Positions 37,925 to 50,716 of a stretch of 64,000 nucleotides of DNA are shown here, piece by piece. The stretch spans positions 7,688,001 to 7,752,000 of the forward strand of contig NC_043010.1 in NCBI RefSeq assembly GCF_006345805.1, given 5' to 3'. Each line of letters starts with the position of its first letter. Position 1 is the first letter of the stretch. Below the pieces are notes generated by a model. The model was not told the DNA's origin, did not search any database, and saw only the letters and a list, made by a program, of their open reading frames with translations. This DNA is from Octopus sinensis (lineage: Eukaryota). The position numbers and the translations under genes are program-made.

Positions 37925-38221
37925 ACTCTTTACTCTTTTACTTATTCAAGTCATCTGACACACACAGACACACACAGACACACACACACACACAAAGACA
38001 CACACACACAGACACACACACACACACACATACATATATATATATACATATATATATATATGATGGGCTTTATTCAGTTTCTGTCTACCAAATCTACTCA
38101 AGGCTTTGATCAGTCTGAGGCTATAGTAAAAGACACTTGCCCAAAGTGCCACACAGTGGGACTGAACCCGGAACCATGTGGCTGGTAAGCAAGCTACTTA
38201 CCACACAGCCGCTCCTGTGCC
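37925..38221 (-). mobile_element. SINE family A with internal deletion
   Basis: Tail joined directly to the internal microsatellite. Confidence 0.85.
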
Positions 38222-39309
38222 TGCTTATTTCCTGTTTGTTTACTCCTAAAAATTGTGGAAAATGGCTACTGTTTCCTTCAAACTTTGCTTTTGTTACATT
38301 TATTCAAGCCCCAAAGAATCCCTCTTAACATATAGCTATGATGCTCCCCACAAGGGACATGCTCAAGTCGTTAAGGTCAAGCAACTGACAAGCAAATCTG
38401 TGGTAATGAACAGCATATTTGCTGTAACATTTCTGCTTCAGCAAATCAGGACTGAATCTGTCTGAAATGTAATGGAAAATTGGTCAGTTTGAAACCATTG
38501 ATGTCCAGGTCACAATAACAGAGTTTGAAGGGAATAGTAGTCATTTCCTTTGATTTCTAGATAGAAGCAAATAGGATATAATAATTACTGACCAAAGACA
38601 AAAATATAAAAATCTTGTTACATAGTGTTATGTTCATAATTGTTCTCTTGTGATATTAAAACAGATTTCTAGAACATTGTGAGGGATAATGTGTAGGGAT
38701 AATGTTTTAACTGGATTGAACAGTCAACATAAAATTAAAAGCCCTTTCAACACTTCAGCCTGCTTCTTGAAAAGTTTGCCCACAATGACAGGTTTGCTTA
38801 TCATCAAGTAGGCTACACTGCTAAAAAAATTCAAGGTAGTTTTTCTTTGGTATGCTATTCAGAAAGTCCCATAGACTACAGTTAACCCATGACTGCAATA
38901 AAGGGTAGAGAATTGAATCCCAGTAAATGAAGATCTTGTGGAAGTGATGCTGTAGTCAAGCACAAGTTTCTGATAGAGCCTGTACTGCTTGAATAAAATT
39001 AGTGTATGAATTAGCTGTTGTCCTTATGGTAAAAATCTGGGTTTGTTGCAACGATAATATTTTCCAGGCCCTACATTGAAATGAAGAAATATTTTTGGAA
39101 TTTTTATTTAGTAGATTGTTCTTAGCATAAGTGCAGGAATGAAATTCGTTTTGGGGGTGCAAACCCAGTTTTTCAGGAGCATGACCAAAACATTTTCATT
39201 GCTCCACGAAAATTTTAGCAGGAGCACTTGCATCCCTAGTAAAGAAGACAGCAAAGATTTCTTTGAGCATAAATTGCCATGTCTCATCATCATTGTAATA
39301 CTATTTTAT

Positions 39310-39509
39310 TCTTTTACTTGTTTCAGTCATTTGACTGCGGCCATGCTGGAGCACCACCTTTAGTCGAGCAAATCGACCCTGGGACTTATTCTTTGTAACC
39401 CCAGTACTTATTCTATCGGTCTCTTTTGCCGAACCGCTAAGTGACGGGGATGTAAACACACCAGCATCAGTTATCAAGCAATGCTAGGGGGACAAACACA
39501 GACACACAA

Positions 39510-39562
<53 letters not shown>

Positions 39563-39729
39563 TATACGACAGGCTTCTTTCAGTTTCCGTCTACCAAATC
39601 CACTCACAAGGCATTGGTCGGCCTGGGGCTTTAGCAGAAGACACTTGTCCAAGATGCCACGCAGTGGGACTGAACCCAAAACCATGTGGTTGGTTAGCAA
39701 GCTACTTACCACACAGCCACTCCTGCGCC
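39310..39729 (-). mobile_element. SINE family A, full length
   Basis: Family A head, body and tail. Confidence 0.92.
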
Positions 39730-40029
39730 TATGGCCACTTTTCCATGCCTTTTCCTTCTTTGCCTATCTTTTGAAGAAACAAGATGTTTTCAAGTTCTTC
39801 CTCCCATTTTTAACTTTAAATTCACTCAGTTAAATCAAATACCTTATTATTTTTATAAGCTCATATGGAGAGAAACATATGGCCATTTGTAACAAATCAT
39901 TTTTTATTTAAATTTAATGTAATATATTATATTATTTTCAACTTCTAAACTTCTCTTTAATCCCTTAATTGAATAAGGTTTCTAATTCATAACTAGCCTT
40001 TCTTGTATATTTGTGCAGGTATGTACATA

Positions 40030-40107
40030 AATATATGTGTGTGTATTTAAGCAACTGTGTGTGTATGTGTGTGTGAGTGTGTATATGTACATATTTAAGT
40101 ATGTATG

Positions 40108-40173
<66 letters not shown>

Positions 40174-40177
40174 TATA

Positions 40178-40266
<89 letters not shown>

Positions 40267-40280
40267 GATGGATGTATGCT

Positions 40281-40315
<35 letters not shown>

Positions 40316-40881
40316 CATGCATGCTCTCACAGAGGCATACAGGGCACACACCAGGTGTCCCCCAAACATTTTTGTCATTCATTCCTTTCTCGGAAAAATA
40401 ACCCACTCCTGCAATATAAATTGATAGCAGAGACCAGAAAAATAAAGGGGGGAGAAAAAAAACCCTGCATAACCTTGTAACAGAGAGGGAACAAAATATA
40501 AGAGAGGAAGGGAAAGAGAGGGATACAGTAAGACAGGCCAGAGGAGGAGACAAGGAAAGAATGAAAGAAAGAGTGAAAGAGAGAGAGAGAGATGTGTCTT
40601 GTATTTATATGTGCGTGTAGAAGCGTAATTCTATGAATTTGCTCACTTTTTCTACATGTGTTTTTTTTGTATTTACACATGAAACCAATTTATTTCCACA
40701 TCATCTACTGTGTCATTCCGCATTCTTCACCCTCATTCAATCAACTATTCTCCTTGCTCCTCCATATTTGAGAGGAGAGCCACGAATATGAATGTGTGCA
40801 TTTGTGTGTGCACGTGTGTGTGTGTGTGTGTACACATGTACATATATGTACATGTATGCTTATGTGTATGCATAGACAAAT

Positions 40882-40929
<48 letters not shown>

Positions 40930-40979
40930 TATATACATATGTATATACATATGTCTGTGTATGCATATATATTTATATG

Positions 40980-41019
<40 letters not shown>

Positions 41020-41160
41020 TATCCACGTCCACTTATACACAAATATATACATATATACAGATAAATGTATATATACATGCATATAAGTATATACCTATAT
41101 GTATGCACACACACACACCAAAATAGACACAAACATATATATGTATATATATATGTGTAT

Positions 41161-41202
<42 letters not shown>

Positions 41203-41340
41203 ACATATGTGTGTGTATATATACATATTTATATATATATATATATACATTTATACATATGTGTATATACATGTGTGTTTATATATGTGTGCGTGCATAT
41301 GTGTGTGCACATGTGTCTGTGCATGTGTGTGTGTGTATAA
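40030..41340. repeat. Cluster of TA/TG/CA compound microsatellites
   Basis: Direct reading. Confidence 0.9.
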
Positions 41341-42255
41341 AAACCATTCATACAGGCAGCACTACTTTCATTTACATTACCTGGCCATCCTTTACAATTT
41401 GCCAACTGAGAATTTGTAAACACTAAACCCCTAATATCTGTCCCACGCCACTCTACTGTAATATTTGTCTATGGTTCTAATGTTGTTGTTAGTTTTGATG
41501 TCATTGTTATTTAACCCTAGGTCAGACATGATTTAGTTCACCTATGATGTGATGGAAGGCATTCAATCTAGTGATAAAAAAGCATCATTCTATTATTTTT
41601 TTGTGTGTTTTTGTGTACACATTTAGAACTAATACTTTCCAATATAATCTTAATCTTCCTTTTTTTAACATTTTTTGTTTTGAGATGATAGCATGTGATT
41701 TGAGAAAATTTGGCTGTTATTTCTAGTATTCTGAGTGACCATGTAAAGGTTACCTCTCTGGCTAAATTTGTCAGTAACGTTTCAATTTTCTATATTGTAT
41801 TGATATATATCCACACATGATATTATTAGATTTGGTCTTGTACACATTTAATATTGTTCACTGTGGGGGGTCTGTTAGTTTTCGGAATATTACCCATATA
41901 TCCGCATATTCATTGCAGTTTCTTTTCTTTCCAATTTTTCTCACCCCTCCCGTTTTTTTGCTTTTTTTTGGTTTTTGGTTTTTTTTTTGCAAGGGGTGTT
42001 AAAAGTAACATTGGGAAAGTGAAAGTAGTATAAACCTTTTGCTACGACAATAACAGATGCTCCAGAATAATCAGTCATTTGTGTTGTTGCTATAGTTACA
42101 AGAGAGGTCATGCAGAGTACAATTAATGCATTAGCCCAATTTGAGGTGAAAAGTTCTACCACCAACATAGAGTAAGCTAAACGACTTCTGACCCCTGTGT
42201 GAGTCCAAAAATTGAAATGATTTACTAAGTAGGGTGTATACAGTTTTTTTCCTTT

Positions 42256-42294
<39 letters not shown>

Positions 42295-42575
42295 TGTTGT
42301 GTATGGCATTACATACATTACATACGTCTCCTGTTGCTGAATGGTTAAGAAGTTTACTTCACGACTATGAGATCTCAGTTTCAATCCTACTGTGTGGCAT
42401 TTTGGGCCAGCATTATTTCTGTAGCCTTTGGTAAACCCATACACTGTGAGGAAAATAGGGTAGATGGCGACTGTACAAAAGCCTGTCAGGTAGATCTCAC
42501 CTGTAATTTAAAAGGTATAGCTTTGTTCTACACTGTGTCTTACTGATTCTTTCCAAGAATTACCTTAATGATACT

Positions 42576-43530
42576 GGTAGAATTGTTAGCATGCTGGGCG
42601 AAATGCATAGCTGTATTTCGTCTGCCGTTACATTCTGAGTTCAAATTCCACCGGGGTCAACTTTGCCTTTCATCCTTTCAGGGTCAATAAATTAAGTACC
42701 AGTTATGCACTGGGGTCGATATAATCGACTTAATCCGTTTGTCTGTCCTTGTTTGTCCTCTGTGTGTTTAGCCCCTTGTGGGTAATAAAGAAATAAATAT
42801 TTCGTCTGCTGTTACATTCTGAGTTCAAATTCCGCCGAGGTTGACTTTGCCTGTCATCCTTTCGAGGTCAATAAATTAAGTACCAGTTACGCACTGGGGT
42901 TGATATAATCGACTTAATCCGTTTGTCTGTCCTTGTTTGTCCCCTCTACGTTTAGCCCCTTGTGGGTAATAAAGAAATAAGTATTTCGTCTGCCGTTACG
43001 TTCTGAGTTCAAATTCCACTGGGTTCGACTTTGCCTGTCATCCTTTCGAGGTCAATAAATTAAGTACCAGTTACGCACTGGGGTTGATATAATCGACTTA
43101 ATCCGTTTGTCTGTCCTTGTTTGTCCCCTCTACGTTTAGCCCCTTGTGGGTAATAAAGAAATAAGTATTTCGTCTGCCGTTACGTTCTGAGTTCAAATTC
43201 CACTGGGTTCGACTTTGCATTTCATCCTTTCGGGGTCAATAAATTAAGTACCAGTTACGCACTGGGGTCGATATAATCGACTTAATCCGTTTGTCTGTCC
43301 TTGTTTGTCCCCTCTATGTTTAGTCCCTTGTGGGTAATAAAGAAATAAGTATTTCGTCTGCTGTTACGTTCTGAGTTCAAATTCCACCAGGGTCGACTTT
43401 GCCTTTCATCCTTTCAGGGTCAATAAATCAAGTACCAGTTACGCACTGGGGTCGATATAATCGACTTAATCCGTTTGTCTGTCCTTGTTTGTCCCCTCTG
43501 TGTTTAGCCCCTTGTGGGTAATAAAGAAAC
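42576..43530 (+). mobile_element. SINE family B: one head plus five tandem 184-bp bodies
   Basis: Units start at 42613, 42797, 42981, 43165 and 43349. Confidence 0.9.
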
Positions 43531-43592
43531 AGATACTTGCAACTATGGAATGCTCAGCCACTAATATGTTAATTCAGAGGCAGGTAATTCAG

Positions 43593-43662
43593 TTTTACTG
43601 AATCTTCAACATCAAACAATGGAGTTCCACCTCCCCCACATTATTACGAATCATCAATGTAA
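43593..43662 (+). CDS. Candidate terminal coding exon (FTESSTSNNGVPPPPHYYESSM*)
   Basis: AG at 43591-43592, CTAAT branch-like site at 43561-43565, PPxY-containing peptide, ~550 bp of microsatellite-free sequence downstream; weak polypyrimidine tract. Confidence 0.25.
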
Positions 43663-44249
43663 TGTTTCTCATATCACTAGTCTGACAAATGTGAAGATAA
43701 TTATGCTTTGTAGAGGAGGTTTTATAAGAAGGAACATGTCCAAAGTTATCCTCTATGCTTTTCAAGATTAGACTAAAATCCTTATTACCATAATTTGATG
43801 GCTTAAACGATGCACTTTTATGCAAAAACGAAAATGTATAAAAAAAACTCAATCCCAGAGCCCTATGTGTGAAGTTAGCCTTATATTACATGCTTTAATG
43901 CACTTAAAGCATTTTTGCTCCATATACACAGCTAAAATTGCTGTTTGTCTATTATGCTCCTGCATCTCTTATGCTATCCAGTATGGTTGTCTATTAGTCA
44001 TTGAGCTAATGTATTTTCCTTTTTCTCTTCACCCCATGAATACTATTACCTAATTAGATTTTTTTCTTGTTATTACTCTCTGATGGCAATAACTTAGCTG
44101 TTATCTTTCATAGAGATGGTGTCCCTAAGTAATTTCTCACTGTCATTATAATATATATGGTGGGCCAAAAGACAAGCACAAAATAACTTCAATACACTCC
44201 AGAACTGTCAAAGGCATGTTTCAATTTCTCTAAAATTGAATGTTTGTTC

Positions 44250-44550
44250 CTTCTTGAGCCATGCCTGGCTCATAAGGGCCAGTTTCCCGGTTTCATTGAT
44301 GTATAGGTTCCCCACTTGGACAGGACGCCAGTCAATCGCAAGGGAGTTGCTAGATGCAGGAGGAAAGAGTGATAGAAAGTTGTGGTGAAAGAGTCAGCAG
44401 AAGTTCACCATTACCTTCTGCCAGAGCCGAGTGAAGCTTAGGTCTGGCAGAAGGTAATGGTGAACATGCACACCTTCCAGTCTGAGATTTGAACCCACAA
44501 TCCCTCAACAGCAAGTCTTCTGCTCTAACCACTAAGCCATGTGCCTCCAC
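44250..44550 (-). mobile_element. SINE related to family C, with a fold-back rearrangement
   Basis: Head GTGGAGGCACATGGCTTAGTGG on minus; 23-bp perfect inverted repeat inside. Confidence 0.75.
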
Positions 44551-44623
44551 TTAAAAATGAATACAATAAATAAAATAATGTTGAATACACACGTACATAA
44601 TGACAACAACAACAATAATAAAT

Positions 44624-45160
44624 GCCCTGATGCAGTACCAGACAGTGGCTCTCATGGCTCTTAACTGATTGGAAGTGTTATCACGTACATTGTTTTGTCT
44701 TGGTATAAAAGATGGGCTACAGCAAATATTTTGGTCAATACCATAGATTTGATTGTCAATTGCTAAACCTTAACCAGTTGAGCATGTCCCTTAGAGGCTG
44801 ACGATATGTGCATCACTGATCATGAGCAGAAGTAGTGGGGGAGCATCATTGCCATGTGTTGAAAGGAATTCGTTGGGGTTTGGATAATTTACCTTTGGAA
44901 ACATGGGTGTTTTGTTCAACATCTCTACACAACCCTTATTCGGAGACCTTTTGAGCAGGATGGGCTACTCGACATGAAGAAAATTCTAACTGGGCCCCAC
45001 CTGCAAGATAATGTGCTGTTTAACTTGATATGAGATCACCATGTCGAGCACATATGGTTGTCATGCAGGTGCCTGGTTACCCTTATAGGATGGGTAGTCA
45101 TGGTGGCTTTGTATATTTTACCCCAGTGTCACTTTGATGGCATGCACTGCTCTCTCACTC
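44624..45160. mobile_element. (TAA)n-flanked non-coding element, full length
   Basis: AATAATAAAT|GCCCTGATGCAG...CTCTCTCACTC|AATAATAAT; partial copies at 34599-34901 and ~38330-38430 (opposite orientation). Confidence 0.75.
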
Positions 45161-45216
<56 letters not shown>

Positions 45217-45240
45217 TAATAATAATACTAATAATAATAA

Positions 45241-46073
45241 CTGGGCTAAACTAAATGCAAAAGAAATAGACAGAGAAAAATCCCAGCAATGGTTGAGAAG
45301 GTCAGGACTCAAAGCAGAGACAGAGGGATTTTTAATTGCAGCACAAGACCAAAGCCTCTCCACCAGAAATTACCAAAAACATATAATGAAAAGAAACATA
45401 ACAAGTAACTGCAGAATATGTGGAGATGGACAAGAAACAATAAATCATATTGTCTCTGGCTGCCCAGTCCTGGCTAAGAAGGAATATATTCACAGACACG
45501 ACAGAGTTGGGACCTCCATACACTGGAAGCTATACCAAGACTATGGAATAACAACAGAAAAAAGATGGTATAGGGACACACCAGAAAAGGTCACAGAAAA
45601 CGAGAAAGCAACCATACTCTGGGATATGCCGATACACACAGATAGAGAAATTAAGGCCAACAGGCCAGATATATTTGTCAGAGATCATGAAGAAAAAAAA
45701 ATGCTTTCTAATTGATGTATCAATACCAGCAGATGACAACGTGTCTCTAAAAGAAATGGAAAAACTTTCAAAATACAAAGACCTGGAAATAGAGGTAACT
45801 AGAATGTGGAATCTAAAAACAGAAACAATTCCTATCATAGTAGGTGCATTAGGCATGATAAAAAAAATTCAGACAAATACATAACAAAAACACCAGGACT
45901 TACAAACACATATAACATACAGAAAATTGCACTACTAGGCACTGCACACATCCTACGCAGAACACTTTCCATACAATAACCATAAGAGCATCACAACAAA
46001 CCACAGCACATACCCAAGGCACACAGAGCTGCACTCGGTAGTGAAGTGAAAGCACACTATAAAAATAAAACTA

Positions 46074-46078
<5 letters not shown>
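45241..46078 (+). mobile_element. 5'-truncated R4/Dong-clade non-LTR retrotransposon (CCHC finger, restriction-like endonuclease, 3' UTR)
   Basis: CRICGDGQETINHIVSGC (CX2CX8HX4C), RPD..LID..K endonuclease motifs, IIVGALG, stop at 45977-45979; two frameshifts in A-runs; (AAT)n on both sides. Confidence 0.9.
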
Positions 46079-46127
<49 letters not shown>

Positions 46128-46128
<1 letters not shown>

Positions 46129-46345
46129 GTCCTTCCTACTATAAGTACAAGGCCTGAAATTTGGAGGAATGGGTAGGTTGATTACATCAACACCAGTGCT
46201 TCACTGGTAATTAATTTATTGACACCCGAATGGATGGAAGACAAAGTCAACATCGGCTGAATTTGAACTCAGAACGTAGCAGCAGACAAAAAGTACTGCT
46301 AGGCATTTTGCCCTGCATACTAATGATTCTGCCAGCGTGCCTCCT
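46128..46345 (-). mobile_element. SINE family B
   Basis: Tail abuts the same (AAT)n tract as the Dong fragment. Confidence 0.7.
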
Positions 46346-46692
46346 CCATGTTGTTGTTGTTGTTGTTGTTGTTGATGATGATGATGATGATGATGAAGAA
46401 GAAGAAGAAGAAGTAAATAATGTCAATTGTTTTGGTGTGTGACTTTTCGCCCACCCGGTATTTTAGAGCAATTAAATCAGTATTAAGAATATATAATGTA
46501 ATGAGCATTAAAAATCTAATAAGAAATAATTATGAGGTAAATAATAAAAAAAAAATATTAGCTCAATAAATTTTTGTAGCTTCAGTAAGTATGGGAGACA
46601 ACTCCAAACATATTTAAATTTTTATTAGTGAAGCAAAGATTTTTATAACAAGTGATGAGAAAATCAATAAATAAAATATACGCTGTCGAATA

Positions 46693-47376
46693 CAGTAATC
46701 CCACGCTACATCGTGGTTCACTTATTGCAGTTCACCTATCATGGTTCACCGATCACAGTTTATTATTTAAGCTTACGTAGATTCCACCGTGGTGTTGTTT
46801 TTGCGTTTATAATACAATAAATATATACAAATTATGAAAAATAATTTTGGAAAATATACAGTAGGCACATGAGTGGGTGTGTGTTAAGTAGCTTGCTACC
46901 AACCACATGGTTCCGGGTTCAGTCCCACTGCGTGGCATCTTGGGCAAGTGTCTTCTGCTATAGCCCCGGACCGACCAATGCCTTGTGAGTGGATTTGGTA
47001 GACGGAAACTGAAAGAAGCCTGTCGTATATATGTATATATATATATATATATAAGTGTGTGTATATATGTTTCTGTGTCTGTGTTTGTTCCCCTAGCATT
47101 GCTTGACAACCGATGCTGGTGTGTTTACGTCCCCGTCACTTAGCGGTTCAGCAAAAGAGACCGACAGAATAAGTACTGGGCTTACAAAGAATAAGTCCTG
47201 GGGTCGATTTGCTTGACTAAAGGCGGTGCTCCAGCATGGCCACAGTCAAATGACTGAAACAAGTAAAAGAGTAAAAGAGTAAAGAGAGAGAGTACAGTAT
47301 TGTTTCCACTTCTCAGATTTTCCCCTATCACAGTGGAGTTTAGAACTTAACACCCACTATAGTCGTGGGATTACTA
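46693..47376. mobile_element. pogo/Tigger-type MITE (~250 bp) split by a SINE A insertion
   Basis: TA|CAGTAATCCCACG ... CGTGGGATTACTA|TA. Confidence 0.75.
46864..47292 (+). mobile_element. SINE family A, full length, with TSD
   Basis: TACAGTA duplicated at 46857-46863 and 47293-47299. Confidence 0.92.
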
Positions 47377-47554
47377 TACTTATTAAGTGTGTGCGTGTGG
47401 CCTAGTCGTTAGGGTGTTGGATTCATGGTCGTTAATGATCATAAGGTCATAGGTTCCAATCCTGGACCAGGTGGTATACTGCGTCCTTTGGCAAGACACA
47501 TCATTTAGTGATAGTCTGTGTGCATGTCTATATATATATATATATACATATATA

Positions 47555-47717
47555 GGTGCAGGAGTGACTCTGTGGTAAAGTAGCTTGTTTACCAACCACA
47601 TGGTTCCAGGTTCAGTCCCACTGCGTGGCACCTTGGGGAAGTGTCTTCTACTATAGCCTCAGGCTGACCAAAACCTTGTGAGTAGATTTGATAGACGGAA
47701 ACAGAAAGAAACCTGTC
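47555..47717 (+). mobile_element. SINE family A, 5' half
   Basis: Head through GAAAGAAACCTGTCG. Confidence 0.85.
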
Positions 47718-48474
47718 GTATATATACATGTGTGTGTGTGTGCATGTGTATATGTGTGTGTGCATGTATGTAAATATAAATATACAACAGGCTTCCACAC
47801 AGTTTCTTCTGAGTAAATTCACTCACAACGCATTGGTCAGCCTGAAGATATAGTGGTTGAAGACTCTTGCTCAAAGTTCCACACTGTGGGACTGAACCTA
47901 AAACCGCCCGGTCACGAAGTGAATTTCTTTACAACAGAGCCAAAGGCATGATCAGCTTGTATTTTTTTAATATGAGTGTGTAGTAGCTGCTGCTGTGGCT
48001 TAGCTTCAAGTCAGCTTTGATTAAATAGACTCGTGATCCAAGGTATTCCAACTATGACCACCCCATCTTCTTTCCAAATTTAATATATTAAGGATTACAT
48101 CATTCAATACGGTTCCCTTTTTATGATGGTTTGAGTGTGAAAGTAGGAAGATTAGGCAACTATTTCTAAAAGGTCAACTGACCACATAAAAATTTTACAT
48201 TTCTATCCGAGATAGATGAAAGGAAAAGTGAGTCCCTAAGGGATGTGAACCCCAAACTATTAATGTTACATCAAGTAAATGATTTAATATTGTTTTCTAA
48301 TATTTACAGCAAAGCTGTAATGTTTTATCAGTGCATGCATGTGTATGTGAGGGTTGAGGCTGATGTGTAGCAAGGTTTTAAAGTTAATAGGAGTGAGCAT
48401 ATATATAACAAGGCACTGTGACACACACCAAGCAATTTTTAACTCCTTTCTCTTATATTACATGAAATATCTCA

Positions 48475-48782
48475 TCTTTATATATAAAATTGAAGTTGTG
48501 TGTGTGAGACTCTGTCTCCTCCGATTTAGATTCCTAACTACTCCCACATTTTGCGGTGCAGTGTAACCAAAAGCGGGTATCTTATAGTCGTGATTCATAT
48601 CGAGCCCTTCTGGGTATTAGCGCGTGTCTACGATGAGTCTAGGGTTTTAAATTAAAATTTACCATCATTTTTCCGCATTTTTAATGATTTTTGCTCGGGT
48701 TATATAAGGGAAGTAACTCTCTAAAAATGCTTATATAGTTATTTCCCTTACAAACCCGAGTAACGCCGGGCAATACTGCTAG
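48475..48782 (+). mobile_element. Non-autonomous Helitron, second copy
   Basis: A|TC 5' end; hairpin at 48755-48770; CTAG|T 3' end. Confidence 0.85.
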
Positions 48783-49039
48783 TCAGTTATAATATACGTA
48801 ATTGTATTCTACATTCATTAATTTCATGTTTCAATAACGATCTCATTATGCATGAAACTTAAAAACTACTAATATAGGTAACTGTATGGTTTTAAAAAAT
48901 TGTTGAAAAGGCACCACTTTTGAAAAATGTGCTTGGTGGGAACAGTTGCTCCCCTAACTCTACTATTAGCTACTCCACTAGATGGCGGTGAATATAAGTG
49001 ATTAAATCTACCCTAGCATGTGACAGATACTTATATTGA

Positions 49040-49235
49040 TTTCAAATTTTGTCACAAAGCTAGCAATTTTGGAGGAGGGGATAAGTCAATTACATCGACC
49101 CCAGTGTTCAAATTGTACTTAATTTATTAACTCCAAAAGGATGAAAAAGCAAAGTCGACCTCAGTGGTATTTGAACTCAGAACATAAAGGCAGATGAAAT
49201 ACTGCTAAGCATTTTGCCCAGCATACTAACAATTC
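49040..49235 (-). mobile_element. SINE family B
   Basis: Reverse complement of the family B body. Confidence 0.7.
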
Positions 49236-49342
49236 TGCCTGATCACACTCTTGCTCTGGTATTTATCATATTCTTTTCTACTCTAGGCTCGAAATTTTTG
49301 GGGTGGGGTTGGGGGGCAATCGATTAGATCGATGCCAGTACA

Positions 49343-49690
49343 CACCTGTCTAACACCCGTGGACATGTTTACAAAGTCAGAAAACAGCACAGCGCCCATG
49401 ACTTTCGGAAACATTTTTTCACTCTAAGAGTTGCTGAAGTATGGAACAAACTGCCGGCATCAGTTGTTAGTTGTCAGAGCACTGCATCCTTCAAAACTTC
49501 CATGCTTCCTGAGATTCGCCAACACTACACCTGATTTTCTCCCCTCCATACACATGCAAGCATGTATCTGACTCATACACTGTTCACTTTCCAGACATTT
49601 GTACATTACTGCATATGCTTTATATGCACTTTTGACAAGTTGTGGAGCACCTGAGCACTGTATACAATAATTTCATTATCATTATTATTA
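49343..49690 (+). mobile_element. CR1 LINE 3' end (same family as 17240-17867)
   Basis: HLSNTRGHVYKVRKQHSAHDFRKHFFTLRVAEVWNKLPASVV..EIRQHYT*, 3' UTR, (ATT)n. Confidence 0.9.
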
Positions 49691-50339
49691 TAAGTGGGGT
49701 TGTTTAGAAAGAGTTACCAGATTTCCCTCAAATTACATTCCACATCTTAAAAGCATGGTGGTGACACCTAGACACACAATACCCAGGAAAAGGATAGGAT
49801 TCTATAGTAAAAGGCTCTTAACCAAGGTGCCACACATTGTGACTGAACCCGAGACTGTATGGTCTGAAGCAAATTTCTTAACCACACAACCAAGCCTGAA
49901 AATGATCATTTCAAATTAAGGCACAAGGCCAGCAATTTTTTGAGATGGGTGTTAGCTGAAATCTCTTTAATCATTGTGCAACTAAGTCTGATTGGTGGCT
50001 AAACAGCAAGAGAAAAATACTGAGAAGTTATTTAAGAATATTCTATAAATTTAGAAACAAGGCAAAAAAAAAATAAGAGAATGAAATTTGCACTTAAAAA
50101 AAACAAAAAAAAACTGCAGTACATATATGCAGCTACAAGGAATGTTTCCTTAGTATGTAAGCAAGACTAGCAGAGCCTATCTGTGGTAAAATAGTGAATA
50201 TTAATTACTAATATATCTAATATATATTGTTAATGATTTCTAATTCATTATTAAAAGAAGTTAATGGATAAAATTCAATCAATGAAATGCCTAATATAAT
50301 GGTATTAGACACAATTTTCCTTTGCATTCATTTCAACCT

Positions 50340-50381
<42 letters not shown>

Positions 50382-50388
50382 GCGTGTT

Positions 50389-50421
<33 letters not shown>

Positions 50422-50445
50422 ATGTGTGTGTGTATTATTATAATG

Positions 50446-50675
50446 AAAAACAATCTACACTAATGATAATGTTTAATGCATTTTGGAGCTCAAATTATGC
50501 TATGTTGTTTAATTTCATTATATATTAGTATATATGCATGTATGTATATACATATGTGTGTGTGTGTGTGTGTGCGCTTCAGTGTGTGTGTGTGAATGTG
50601 TGTGAATATGTATATATACATATACATACACACGCACATATATATATATATATAGCCCTATTCAAATACACATAC

Positions 50676-50716
<41 letters not shown>

